Source: Patellaria atrata CBS 101060
Lineage: Eukaryota
DNA length: 64,000 bases
Reading direction: 5' to 3'
Assembly (NCBI GenBank): GCA_010093705.1
Contig: MU006110.1
Span: 1 to 64,000, forward strand
Shown: positions 38,896 to 51,600 of the stretch, piece after piece
Position numbering within the stretch: the first letter of the stretch is position 1
Layout of the letters: each line of letters opens with the position of its first letter
The notes under the pieces: model-generated
Database searches by the model: none
Told to the model about the DNA's origin: nothing
The model's input: only the letters and a program-made list of their open reading frames with translations
Translations under genes and position numbers: made by a program

Positions 38896-39610
38896 GGTAA
38901 CGTTTGTAAACGGCCTGTAAGACGTATAGTTTAAGAGCCGTGAGGGCTTTAGGTGGTCAAGAATAGCGGTGACACGGTATCCGAGGCGGGAGGAAGCCAG
39001 TATGTATATTGTTGCAAGGAAAAGTATAAGGCTCGCGACGATGAGCTTGAGAAAGCGTGCTTTCGCCAGACTGTCGGCTTGTACTGTACTGGAGGATGTT
39101 TAGGGTCCACTTCGAAAAAACTTTAGGATTAGGACTGGTTCTATGACATAATAAGAGACAGATACGGATTGTTGAACGAAGGATATGGGCACACGATTCT
39201 ATCTGTATCTCAGTTACAGAGTTCTCTGTTCGAGGGGAGTTGTTATGCTGTACTGGAAAGATGAGTGAGATGCTGTTGGTGGAGGAACAGGTGCTTGGGG
39301 AGGAAAGCTCTTGTGCTCCGTTTCACCTATAGAACTACGCTCTACAGTACAGTACAGTACAGTACAGAGTGCTCAAGCTGTATTCACTTCACCACTTTCC
39401 TTGTGCATGAACTCCAAGATATCATCAATAATCAGATGAACATTTTCCGGTATAAATTACTATCACTCATCGCGCGACATCCATCTCTTAACCCGCAACT
39501 TTCCTTGGTCCAACTATTGCTACAGGACTGCGGTATCAATCACTCTCTCAATCAGCCCTTAACCTCGTTCAAAGTTTGACTCCCGTATATAAACTGTAAC
39601 CCAAACCCCA

Positions 39611-40273
39611 ATGTCTTCCTCAGACCCTCGAATATCTCAGCTAGTCTCCTCAACCTTGTGTCAGAAGGTTTCGGGCGACATTTCCGATAAGAGACTATAC
39701 TATGGCTATGGTAGTAACATGTGGCTTTACCAAATGGCCAACCGCTGTCCTACATCCTCGTTCGTAGGGATAGCACGTCTACCAGGTTACCGTTGGATTA
39801 TTAATGATAGAGGATATGCTAATATAGTCTTAACATCCAAGTCTGCCAGTTCTGGACCTGGCGAAAAGAGCGAGGAAGATGAGGTTTGGGGAATGGTGTA
39901 CACCTTGAAGGGGAAGGACGAGAAGCGGCTTGATCGAAATGAGGGCGTACCGTATTGCTATGTCAAAGACGACACTATTGAGGTCGCCCTCTGGAAGTCA
40001 GATAAGGACAAGAATGGTGGGTTTATCGATATAAAGGAACCATCGAAGGACGTCAAGGTGCTTGTCTACATTGACCGAGATCGGGTAGAGCCAGATAATC
40101 CGAAGAAAGAGTATATATACAGAATGAATATGGCCATTGCAGATGCCGTAGCCTACGGTATCCCTCAAGATTATGTGGACAAGGTGATGAGACCTTTTAT
40201 TCCGAAGGACGAAGCCAAGGACCAAGAGATTACTGCTGTGGGTCAAGCTTTGGAGTTCAAAGATGAGGACTGA
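39611..40273 (+). CDS. Gamma-glutamylcyclotransferase (GGCT/AIG2-like)
   Basis: LYYGYGSNM..RCP, GYANIV, VWGMVY, LDRNEGVP, YIYRMN..GIPQDY. Confidence 0.88.
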   Translation: MSSSDPRISQLVSSTLCQKVSGDISDKRLYYGYGSNMWLYQMANRCPTSSFVGIARLPGYRWIINDRGYANIVLTSKSASSGPGEKSEEDEVWGMVYTLKGKDEKRLDRNEGVPYCYVKDDTIEVALWKSDKDKNGGFIDIKEPSKDVKVLVYIDRDRVEPDNPKKEYIYRMNMAIADAVAYGIPQDYVDKVMRPFIPKDEAKDQEITAVGQALEFKDED

Positions 40274-41625
40274 ATATTTCACTTCGAACCCAATGTTTAC
40301 CAGTGTACATGATCAGCATTCCAAGCTAGAAGACATCGTTTTGCTACTACGTCGGGTATATGATAAGATATCACTATAAACGCGCCAATCTCCGAAATAT
40401 TACAGGTTCGACAGCATATGGCCCATTTCTAGGTTATGGCAATTCCCCTGATTAAACGGACAAACATACCGCCAAAATCGCAGAAACAAAAAGTCATAAA
40501 CACTGTACCGTCGAGCAAATTAAATCCGCGTCGATTGCCCCATACTGCTTAAGAGTCGTTTCGAGACTATTATATGTAATCATTCGAACCATCATAATGT
40601 ATTAAGCTATTTATATCAGAAGCAAGTTTACAACCCACTTCAAAGTACAGTGAAGCTGGACCGGAGAAGTCGAATACTTTTGCACCTGCAGCTTCTGAGG
40701 TGATGACCAGTTCCAAAATCCCACCAGAGCGTAAACTATCTGCATAAATACCCCTATGGATGCCAACGGGTAGCCAAATATTTCCCCTAGGAATATACAT
40801 GAGAGGTAAGTTTAGGTCAGGTCCGTAAGTGGGCGATGGAACCAGATGGAATCCACGATTTTGAAACCGAAAGATTACACTGAATATCGAGAGGCATATG
40901 CAATGTTTGATAGTTCATAGTTGTTTAGTTTCGGATTTGGAGCTACAATAACAGTGGTAATCATGTATATTCATTCTCGTATTAGTAAATCAACAAACAG
41001 GACTCATTTGCTCGTCAAGAATAATAATAAAATCATGCTACTTGATTCAATGTGATACGCTACCCTATCTATAATACTAATATAGAGTGGGAGGGGTAGG
41101 TCGTGTATTCAGTGTGCAGTACTCCACTACCTCATGTCGGTTACTTCATCTAAGTAATCCTAACTTGTCCTTTATTCTGTTACTACGCTCCTTACGCTAT
41201 CTATGCAAAACTTGGTTGATAGAGCGGTTGGGTGAAACAAGTCAAATTCAGTAGCATACCATAGACTATGATGTGTACCTAGATGTTCTTATACAACGAA
41301 TAAGGGAAATTTACTATAGCGAAGAGAGTAGGACCCATCGAACCTCAAACGCCAGACCGAATATAAATAAGCAGTTTCCAAGTGGAAACTCCCAAGGTAC
41401 TTGTTTTTTTTTTTTTTTTTTTTTTTTTGGATCTCTTAGGCATCAGTGTTACAAACCGCTAGCATTCGAAGAACTTCCACAGATCAATTTGGCAAACAAC
41501 AAAGGCATTTGACCTTCCATAACGATAGACGACATATTCATTCACAGAGTGTAGATCCAAAAATCGAAGAAGTAAGTATTCTAAATCTCACAATAATTCC
41601 AACACTAACCGTTCCCAGACCAACC

Positions 41626-42276
41626 ATGAACCACATCGTGGCCCTCCAAAAGATCACCACCCGCGATCGGTGGCCCAAACCTCTAGAACCAACCGTCGCA
41701 GGTCTCGCCCGACTATTCGACACCGCGATCTCCGAAGCACGAGAGGAGCAACGGTCACAGACCGTCATTAGGACCGGCCACCCGACCCAGCCCGATTCCG
41801 GCCCACTACGGCCAGAGGAGGAGCCAGATCCTGTAAAGAGGATGTGGAGGGAGCGTGCGGAAATGTTTTCTAAAACATCCGCCAGCTCTATATCAAGGCC
41901 GGGTATATCATCAACATTAACATCAACGTCCTCCAACCTCAATCCCGGTCCCTCCATGGGCCCTCCCAATTCCACCTCCGCAAACGCCCATACGCAAGAA
42001 AACCCTAAAACTCTCGTGTCCTCCGCGCTCAAGGAAACTCACACCCTAATCTCGCTCACGCTCTCCAAACTCCACGATGAGCGGCAAGCGTGGTGGGCGT
42101 CTAAGAGCGCGCAACGGCGGGCATGGGAGGAGGCGGGCGAAGTTCAGAAGCTCACGCGGCTCCAGGTGGTCAATCAAAAGACGGCGGAGATGATTGCGGA
42201 TGCGAGGGCAAGGGTTGGGGCGTGGGGGAGATATGGATTGGGTTTGGAGGGCGGGATGGCGGAGGGAAGGGTGTAG
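41626..42276 (+). CDS. Hypothetical protein (5' intron 41571-41618 precedes the ATG)
   Basis: Open frame with coding-like composition; ATG in ACCATG context after gtaagt..ctaac..cag. No family recognised. Confidence 0.55.
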   Translation: MNHIVALQKITTRDRWPKPLEPTVAGLARLFDTAISEAREEQRSQTVIRTGHPTQPDSGPLRPEEEPDPVKRMWRERAEMFSKTSASSISRPGISSTLTSTSSNLNPGPSMGPPNSTSANAHTQENPKTLVSSALKETHTLISLTLSKLHDERQAWWASKSAQRRAWEEAGEVQKLTRLQVVNQKTAEMIADARARVGAWGRYGLGLEGGMAEGRV

Positions 42277-42528
42277 GACTGAGGTATTTAATAGATCATT
42301 CTTAGCGACAGAGTGGTGATTTGGGAAGGTGGTGATGAAACGAAGTTTTGATATCGGGACCGCAGGAGTTGGAGAGTATGATGGAAGATGTTGATTTATT
42401 GAACTACAAGGACAAGCTATGCTATGATTACGCCAGCAAGCGCATATCAGATGAAGAGAATAGAAAGGCAACAAACGATTTGTAAAGATGATTCATCACG
42501 TTCTTACAGAAAGACGCCCCTCATCGCT

Positions 42529-43756
42529 TCAAACCATCCCATAAAGTGGTCTGGGAAGTTGGATAGCGGAACCTCTCTTCACTGTATGCGTCTTCTTCAC
42601 CTTGATCCCCACGTAGGCCTCCCGTCGTGCAGGATTGCCCTTCGTGACCGACCACGTCCGGAGTCCGTAGTAGGCGCCAATGGAGTGAACAAGCCAACGT
42701 CTACATCATATCGTCAGTGAAAACTCTGCTGTATGAAAAGTGCAGCATACGAAATGAATACGCACCCGAAACTAGCTCCCTTGTCATCTGCTAAGCTATC
42801 AAACACCAATTTATCCTTAGGCAAAGGTTCTCTCTCGTCCCTTTTCGGAGAAGGTGGCATATCGCTCATCTGTCCATTCCGTCCCACGAAGACAATCTCT
42901 TCATCTTCCGAGTCCGGATCGAACAGGCCTTCTTTCTCCTTCTGGGCCTCCTGCTCATCCCAACGTTCCACGAAGTTGCGAACCTCTTGCTCAAGGTCCA
43001 TCAGGAGACCCTTGGCACCACGTGCACGCTTCAGCTTCTCGCGCACTTCCTTGGAAACCTTGTCTGTCGCATCTTCAGCTGTCGCTCCCGTGGTCTTATA
43101 ACTGCCGGCTTTCTTGAGGTCTGCACGCTCCGCTGCACGATCCGCTGCCAACTTCGCATCCCAAAGCGGAGCGAGATAGTATGGGACATGGCGCACCGGG
43201 CATGTCGGACGGACCTCCCAGTCACTGGATAAAGGTGGTTGCGCATACGGATTGTGCAAAAGGCGATCTAGACAGAACGTCTTGTCGTTAGCACAATGCG
43301 GATTGATAATGGCTTGCAGAGTTCAGTCTGTATTATGTCCGTTTCTGTCCAACAGCACTTGTATTCCTACCCCGCAGTAGAGATGCAGTTTCATCTCTAC
43401 ATATCCACAGAAGTGAAACAAGAAAATGTGAACCCACCATTTTCCCACCTCTGTCTTCGTCTGCTCCCCTCCCTTCCCATCTTAAGAGCCTCCCGCCTCT
43501 TCAGGCTATCGCGGCGCAAAGGTTCTTTGCGCTTGACATAGCCATCTAGAATATCGTTCGCAATAGGAGCGGGCGCTATACGCTGTTGTCTTTCATGCGC
43601 ATCGAGCGGTATTTCCAAAGCAACAGGGGTTGGAATTGGAGGAGCGGAGATGGTGATTCCAGCAAGGGCTACAGCGGCCTGTTCAGTCCAGGCTTCGATC
43701 TGCGCTGCAGATGGGGTAGATTGCGCTGGAGTAGGATTGCTCGGATGAATGGCCAT
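42529..43756 (-). CDS. R3H-associated N-terminal domain protein (3 exons)
   Basis: RRDSLKRREALKMGREGSRRRQRWEN/DRLLHNPYAQPP..DWEV, DSEDEEIVFVGR, FG/RWLVHSIGAYYGLRTWSVT (R3H-like). Confidence 0.85.
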
Positions 43757-44424
43757 GGTTGATGAGGGTCTTGATGAAGGTTAGGAGTCAGTATAAGCTA
43801 CAGAGGTGATAAGCCACCGGGGGTGCTAGAAATCAATTGGTGTACTGCAAGTTGACTGATTATACTTGTGTTGAGAGAGAAATGGAGCCGAGACGGCGAT
43901 CTTAGTATTTTCTATACTCGCCCTTTGTGATTGAGTAGACTTATGATGTGGGAAAGGGGAAAGGTGACATGATGAGGGTTGAGGTGAGATATATAGAGTC
44001 ATGAATCATGGTCCCGCGGGATAGCGCTAAAGTTACTTACAGTAAGGAAAAGCGAATGGCCGATTGTGAGGTGAGACCGTGGGATAGTGAGGTGCTTCCG
44101 TAGGTTCCAAGCTTTATGTACAAAGTCTACGAAGCTATACGATACATACCTTGTTATCCAATGCTGTATGCTATTCCACAGCATTTAGTAGACTGAGACG
44201 GATTAGGGCACACAATATCATCTCATCATTGCGTTGCTACAATGTACTTACTGTACCGTACAAAGTATGATGCTAGAAAAAAACCCGACATAATCAACCT
44301 CATGAATCCATTCTTCATTCTTTGCGAAACAATCTCCGAGGCTAGACATAAGATACGAGTTGTTTCAAGGCCTCCCCCTGAGTATAAATACAATAATAAA
44401 GCAATTGTACAGTACATCCTTTTC

Positions 44425-45670
44425 CTAATCAAACTTCGCAAAAGCAAGTTCATAGGCCAAACCGAGCGTGAGCTTTGCATGCTGCAACATATGATCGAAA
44501 TCCAAGTACTCGATCTTATCCTCGGTCGTATGAATCTTATTGTCAGAGTATTTGAAGTCACTTTCGATAACGAAGGCTGATGGGTAACCCGCCTTGGATG
44601 CGCTTGCGTGGTCGCTACAAGCATATCCGCATTTCGTCAAGACGAAAGGTATATCGCAATACACTGTGATGACCTTCTTGATGAATTCCGTTAACCCTGG
44701 GTCGACATAGTCGGTGATCACTCCAACTGATTCTGGTTCGCCGGCATCGATGGTTCTCTGGGTGAAGCCGGTCATGTCCTGCTGTAACATCGCTTTGATG
44801 TCTCGGCCTTCTATCTCATAACTGCTAAAGATGGCTTGAGAACCTAGCAGGCCACCCTCCTCAGCTGAATACCAGTGGAACTCGATTGTATTCTCCGCTT
44901 TACCTTTCAAAACATCATCAGACGTCAAGAGCACCCGGAGCGCTTCCAAAATAGTGACTGTACCGCTGCCATCGTCGTCGGCACCAGGTGCAGCCAAGAT
45001 GGAGGGAAGGAATAAGTTTATGCTGTCTTGATGGGCGCCAATCACCACCGTCTTGTGGCTCTTGCCAGGTATCGTGGCAATAATACTGTTCTGACCCCAG
45101 GGGTGCATGAAAGGTTTGACAGTTGCACCATGTTCGTGTGCACCAGCATCAGCAAGAGTTTTATTGACTTGACCTAACAGCCAGCGTGAGGATTCCGCAC
45201 CGTATTTCGATTTGTAGTACCGAGTATGGAAGGAAGTAAAGTGCTCCAGATTCCTGTGCATGTTCTTCTTCTCTAGCTCTTTCAGCATCGACTTCACCGT
45301 CTCATTATAAGCGGTCTTCGACGGGAATGTGACAGATTGAACACCGTTGGACCTTGTTTGCGACCCGAAGTCTGGGGTCGCAGTAACATCGAAAAAGTTC
45401 ACGCCTTCCTATGTGCGCCTGGTCAGTCGTGAAGCACATATTGTGAGGCATCATTAAGCCCGCAGTGAGGAAACTTACCCTTCTCAAAGCCCACTTCTCA
45501 TCTTCAGTCACCCACCTGGTTACTCCGGGAGATGTCTCGATGAGATATTGCTCAGCGTCAGCGGCCTCCGCCTGGGGATTGCGCAACGGCGCTTGCTCCG
45601 GAAGCAACAGAGATCGACCGGTTACGACCGTTGCGGCTGTGGATAGCGTGAGGAGAGAAGTGACCTTCAT
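44425..45670 (-). CDS. LAP1: Secreted leucine aminopeptidase 1 (M28)
   Basis: Signal peptide, [57 protein letters not shown]. Two exons. Confidence 0.94.
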
Positions 45671-46244
45671 GATATATTTGAGCTTGAAAGCCTGTTCTAT
45701 TACTTTATTTTGATATGGGGAGCTGGAAAGAGAGAGCTATATGTTGCGGGTTTGAGTGTTTACGGTAAGTAGCTGACGTCGGAGTTGCCTTGGAGATATA
45801 GGTAGCTCCGGCACAGCTCGCACACGGTTCAGTACAGTAACTCATATCCTTGTACTGGAATTCTATTGTACGGTAACTTTTGAAGGATGGGTCAATCTAG
45901 GTAGATACATTACCTACCCTATACTTGCTCGAAATATGTTATATGAAAAGCTTTCAAGGTAATACGGAATATAGATTCTGTAGCTATAATGTTCTCACTT
46001 GATTCCCTTCCCTGAACCCCAAGATAATTGAGACGGGAAGATGACGAAGACATCCCTTAAAGCCATGGAACTTATTATTACTCATACCTCTTACATAAAC
46101 ATAGTCCATCATTTCATCAGCTCGCTGGCCAGATAGACATTGAAGCCGGTATGTAACGCTATGCAACATTCCCCCTGACGCTAATACACCCTACAAAACA
46201 GACGAAATACCGCTCAATCCTGCCCATGATTACATCTAGACAAT

Positions 46245-47951
46245 TCATCGCCATGGACTGGATCCTTCACCTCCCATGTCCACGCTCTCAAACTCCATCT
46301 CCCACTGATCAACATCCTCAAACTTCTTCGCCGCAGCTGAAAGCTCTTTACTCTTCACTTTGTGCTTCTCAATCTCGGTTGATGGTTCTAGAGTATCATC
46401 TTCATCTTCCTCACCTCCATCAGTATTAAACACCGAAGATTCATTCTCCTTATCTGATGAACGTCGTGAGTAAGTCTTCTTGGATGTTTTAGTAGACATA
46501 AGAGCAGTCTTGCCGGTTGTCGGAGCTGCAGGAGTCTTCTTGGGTTGGACTTTCTTTTTCCTTGCTGGTGTCTTTAGTGCCGCCTTCTTCGACGTACGGC
46601 CTTGTCTTGTCATTGGTACAGCAAGCTCATCTTCATCGGAATCCGGCTCGATATCAAACTCCTGATCGGAGCTGTTTAGGATATCGAATTCGCTTTCCCG
46701 TTCATCTCTTGCTTTTTGACGCCTCTGAGGGAGCAATGACTGAAGTGCGGCCGTAGACAATGGTGGAGCATTGTGCTTTTTTCGTGTGGATTTCCTTGCA
46801 TGGCCCGGAGTAGGTGTCGCATCAACAGTTAAACAGTCTTTCCGTTGGCGGCTATGAGCATGCGATCTATCTGGTAACGTCTCTCCTCCTTCACCAAGTG
46901 TAGTTTGCAACGGGCTACTAGACCTTGGAGGAGCCATAGTCTCACTGAAAGTTTCTTCATTAGGCGTGTATTGGACCTCGGCATCTACGGGGTCTTCTGG
47001 TAGGTGATCTGTGCTAGAACTGGATACTATCTCCGCTTCAACCTCCTGCGGAGAATCAATCAATGGTGGTGGCGATGATTGCGGGACTTGAATCTTTGAT
47101 CGAGGAGATGCTAACTTTCGTTTCCGAGAAATCGATGTTCGAGGGTCAGATAAGGATAATCCGGAAGCAGAGTCTAGCGACAGTCGTCCCTTCGACTTAT
47201 CGTGATTCAAGGGTGTAGATTCATCATCGGGATTGAAATCATCAAACTCGCCTAAATCATCATCCAGATCACCTAGATCATCCAGATCACTTAGATCATC
47301 CAGATCACTTAGATCATCCAGATCGCCCGCTTCGCTAGTACCTGTCCGTTGCACCATATGTAAGATACTAGGCTGTCGTGGTCGTCTCTTGAAATTCGCA
47401 AGCGCCAGTACTGTTGTTTCACCGGCCGGAGTTCCTCGAACCTTCACCATAGATGCGGGTGGACGCAATGCTGTAGGAGAGGACAAGAACCTAGGACTAC
47501 GCTGTGATCTGCTATTTCGTGTTGTTGTCGGTCTTGTGCCTACGGCGCTTCTGTCCGCCTCTTTTTCAGCGCTATCTTGTTCCTGATCTTCCTCATCGAC
47601 CACACCTCGTTCTTTTTGCAAGGATTGAGTCTCTGCACACTGCCTTCTCGACTTACCCTTCTTTTCCCCCTGTACCTTTGTAATCGCTGTTACAGGGCCG
47701 TCATCTCTCAATAGTGCTCCTGACATCATCGATTGTGTATTCTCATTGCGGCGCGGTCGGCCCGGAGCCCGTTCTGCAAATTTCGTGGCCGATTTTCCAG
47801 AATCACTAGGAGATCCACTACCACTATTTTGTTGATCGTGTGCATTGTGATCGTCTTGTCGAATGTTGCGCCTGTTGGTCGCATCCGTTGCTGTTGATGG
47901 CTGCGCGACGCGTTTCGTGGATGTAACCTTCGTGCGCTTTGGCCGAGGCAT
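46245..47951 (-). CDS. Low-complexity, probably nuclear hypothetical protein (568 aa)
   Basis: Intronless long ORF with basic NLS-like patches (PRPKR, RKRK) and islands LANFKRRPRQPSIL, LSTAALQSLLP, KKTYSRR..DKEN and AAKKFEDVDQWEMEFE. Confidence 0.75.
   Translation of the reverse strand: MPRPKRTKVTSTKRVAQPSTATDATNRRNIRQDDHNAHDQQNSGSGSPSDSGKSATKFAERAPGRPRRNENTQSMMSGALLRDDGPVTAITKVQGEKKGKSRRQCAETQSLQKERGVVDEEDQEQDSAEKEADRSAVGTRPTTTRNSRSQRSPRFLSSPTALRPPASMVKVRGTPAGETTVLALANFKRRPRQPSILHMVQRTGTSEAGDLDDLSDLDDLSDLDDLGDLDDDLGEFDDFNPDDESTPLNHDKSKGRLSLDSASGLSLSDPRTSISRKRKLASPRSKIQVPQSSPPPLIDSPQEVEAEIVSSSSTDHLPEDPVDAEVQYTPNEETFSETMAPPRSSSPLQTTLGEGGETLPDRSHAHSRQRKDCLTVDATPTPGHARKSTRKKHNAPPLSTAALQSLLPQRRQKARDERESEFDILNSSDQEFDIEPDSDEDELAVPMTRQGRTSKKAALKTPARKKKVQPKKTPAAPTTGKTALMSTKTSKKTYSRRSSDKENESSVFNTDGGEEDEDDTLEPSTEIEKHKVKSKELSAAAKKFEDVDQWEMEFESVDMGGEGSSPWR
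47259..47326. repeat. 18-bp coding tandem repeat encoding (S/G)DLDDL x about 4
   Basis: atcatccagatcac(c/t)tag repeated in tandem inside the 46245-47951 ORF. Confidence 0.9.
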
Positions 47952-48685
47952 CTCTTTTTCTCTTTTGAAAGGATTAAAAGGAACGAAAGACGGATAAGTC
48001 AGCTATGCGAAAGGGTTTGAAAGATGTCACGTCCGTTGACAGCGCATGGGGAATCAAAAGTGTTGGTCATTCAGTAGAGGTAGACGCGTTGTTACTCGTT
48101 AAAGTGTGCTGCAAGCTTCCATTGTTTGGAGTCATTGCTTGGCATTTAGAAGAACGTGACTTCACTAGCTTGAATTCCGATGGGCAAAGAACACAGTTAT
48201 AGCTCACTTCACGTGCGTATTGAAATTCAAATATAACCTATTTGCGTCTACCTGTTCTAAGGTATCCATCCCCCTTCGTCTTCGGTCTTTAACAGGAATT
48301 CAACTTGAGATGAGTAGATGCTGTCAATCAGTTTCCCTCCCACCAGATTCATGAACACTCCTCGTGAACACCCACCCCTATACATGACTGCCAAGAAGCT
48401 TAAGTGTGAAATGAAGGTACCTTAGACTCCAATGGAAAGGTCTCCATGAACTTAAGTATAGCTAGTATTTTGTTACGCCCAGTACTCCACGCTGGTGAAA
48501 TTGTCCAGTACCTTATCCCGGTCACCTAGACTTGAACCCATGGAGAGCTCCCTTTAAATAATTAAGAATTCCCACCCCGTACCGTCATGAAAAATATCGT
48601 ACAAGAAGTGATGCTTACCAGCTGGCTGAACGCGAAAGTTTTGGGAAAGTTTTGAGAAAATAGAAAAGGGATTGAATGAGTGAGA

Positions 48686-51600
48686 TTATATATGTCCGGA
48701 AAGGGGTTCGGTGGAAGGAACAGTGTGCTCTTGCTCGGTAGAATCCTCTACAGCGAGACTTTCAGGAGGTCGTAGCATCTGCGGAACAATTACCCCCAGC
48801 TCCGATGGCGGAAGAGAAGATTGCGCAGCGCTGCTAGCCTCGGGACTCGATGTTCTCACAGAACCTGGCGAGTTATGTGAAATAATGCCAGTTGGACTGG
48901 TCGCTCTCAGAGAATCTGATTGTGACGCAGCAAACAGAGCCTCGCCCTTTTTCTGGCTTCTAGCTTTGTATTCACTCAGACTCATCTTCTTAATTTTCTG
49001 GCGGGGTGTTGAAATTGTCGGATTAGTGATAGAAGGTGAAAGGATCTGTAATTGGGAACCCGGTCCACTAGGAGATACTGCTGCATGTGCACCAGCATTC
49101 TCACCTAGCGTGCTAGCAGCAGATGGGGTGGTAGGGGATTGCGTGGAGAATGTGGGTACAGGCGGAAGTTCCACTTGCAGTCCATACGACCGGCGTGAGA
49201 GTTGGGGTACTTCTGGACCGGGCATTGTTGGAGAGGAGGGCTTTGATGACCAGGGAGGGGCCGGCGGTTGAATGGGTGGATGTGATGTATCAGATGACTT
49301 CTCATCAGTAGACTTCGTAGCTACGATATCCACACCATTGACCCCGGAACCGGGTTTTGTGGTTTGCTGGTCTTCAGCAGCATTTTCCATTTCAACATCA
49401 CTGACGGGCGGAACCTGCAACGAAGAATCTTCTGAGGGATGCTGTAGTTGTTCAAGACCATCAGTAACTTGCGCATCCGAGGCTGCGGTCGTAGAAATGT
49501 CATTATAGCCAACATCAGTCATCGCCTCATCCTTTGCACTTTCATTCGTTGAAAGAGGTTGCTGTCTATCTTCATAATAAGCGTGCATCTCTGTGGTTTG
49601 TCGTAATAACATATTCCTCAATGACGACGTATGCTTCTTGCGTTTCTTTGGCGGGAACTCAATTTTTTCGTTCGCGTCTTGATCTGTCTGCACAGACGAG
49701 TCAGTGTAGACAGGCCTGACGATCAGTTCCGACCGGTGTCGGGCAACACCATTGGCGTTATGGGTCTGGGTCGAATGTTTCCCCAACAGTGCGCGTCCGT
49801 TTAGCTGGCCATGTTTGTGATTGCGAGGGATATGGGACTCCGATGTGCGATCTTTCAAGTTCGTCGGAAGGAGGACAGGAGGATCAGGAAAACCGAGTTG
49901 TTTCTGTTGGGTGTTAGTCATTGGGCGATTTCTCGTCGAGTCTTTGAGTAGCCCTACAGATGTCGTAACATTTGGTGTATTAAGAGTCGATCCACCACTG
50001 TTCCGTTTGCGTCGCTTTGGCTCGTTTTCCATCTGCTCGAAGAGTTTCTGTTCTTGCAGGAATTTCCTCTTCTCTCTATCTGACATCTCCACACCAATTC
50101 CAGCGGCGGTATCACCAGATACATGTGTAGCAGGTGTGATATCACGACTTGCAACCTTACTGTGCGCCGAACCAGAAGTAGACCTACTATCAGCATTATC
50201 TTCCTCTTTGTCCCCACCCATGACGGCTTCACTTCCTGCTCGACTATTCGTTGCGCGGCCAGTACTCAGCGGTGAGACCTGTGTACCTTGTTTCTTAGCC
50301 TTTCTGGACGATTTTTGAGTATGAGTTGTTTGGTCAGATATTTGCCTGCCACTGCGACGATAAGCGAATTTCCGCATAGCGCACTCATCCAAAGGGCGAT
50401 TGCACGCACAACCACCAAAGTTCGCGAGAACTCTGGCGGACCATCGAGCGAGTTCTTCATTAGCTTGACTGATACCTTCATTTTTGAATTGCCCATTAGC
50501 TAACGAGGAAGATAGCAAATCTCTAACACTCTCGTGTATTTCCCATGGTATGGTTATCTCTTCTCCGGGATGAATCTCGGTCTTAGAAAGGAAGCAGAAA
50601 TGCCATTCATTCCCATCAACGATAAAGACTCTCATTTCTAGGTTGGGAGCGCAACTTCGACGGACATATCGAAGGTCTGTTCCCTCTCTTCGAGCGTCAA
50701 TGTAGATTGGGAGATGAGGTGGAAAGAAAACGAAAGGCTCGGGGTGACGCAAGGTTGCCCATCGGTTTGAATGAATTTGAAAATATTCCTCCTTCCGCCC
50801 CACATGACCTTTCAGTTCACCAATATAATTTCCCTTGGGAACCTGTGACTCCACGGTGAGAAACTGGTGAACGGGATGGTTGCCTTCAATCACAACTCCT
50901 TTATCCTCACGGGCTTCCTTGACAATGTTCGGCGCAGTTTCAGCAAGCTCGTCCATAGACAGGTCCGACCTTTGGAAGACCTCACTAGGACTTCTTCCGT
51001 TGGTAGCAGCTGCAAGTGCCTCCGGGTCCTTTAGCCAAGAAAACAGATCATTCGTCACTCCAATATCATTGAGAAGATTTGCTTCAATAACTCGAAAATC
51101 GTTTTGTTGGCGACATAGCTGCATGAATTCTGGAGCATAGTATTCGACTAATGAGCCATTGAGACCAGGTGTTATAGGCGACTTGGTAGGGCTCTGTCTC
51201 GAGTGAACTGTGGAACTTGCGCGTTTCCGAGAATGCGAGATCGAAACAAGTTGATGACTCAGAGAGGCTACTGAACCCGAAGGTTTATGGTTGGTCTTCG
51301 GACGCTTGTTTGGGGGAGGTTGCTGATCTCTTGGACTACCGCTTTTTCGATCTATAGCAAAGTAAGAATTTTGTTTATCTGAAAGAGGCCAGCCGTTCGA
51401 CTGGACAGCACCTGTAACTGGATCTTTTATCTTCTTTTTGTGGCTCTTGGTCGCAGGGCGTCGTGGCTTCGACTCAGCTTGTCGTAATCTATGATCCCTT
51501 TGTATTTCGATGGCCCTCTTCTTATCGACCGGCCTCGGAACGCAATCGATGCACTCGTGAATTTCCGGCACTCCATCAGGATTAGTGACTCCATAATAGC

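Noticed and set aside
39343..39366. (CAGTA)n microsatellite; also poly-T at about 41404-41428
   Set aside because: Common simple repeats in fungal promoters.
40380..40860. Possible small gene or pseudogene on the minus strand
   Set aside because: Short frames only; no family recognised and no consistent exon chain.
50640..50670. RRSC instead of NHSC in the SET domain as a novelty
   Set aside because: This is the normal state of the Set3/Set4/MLL5 clade.
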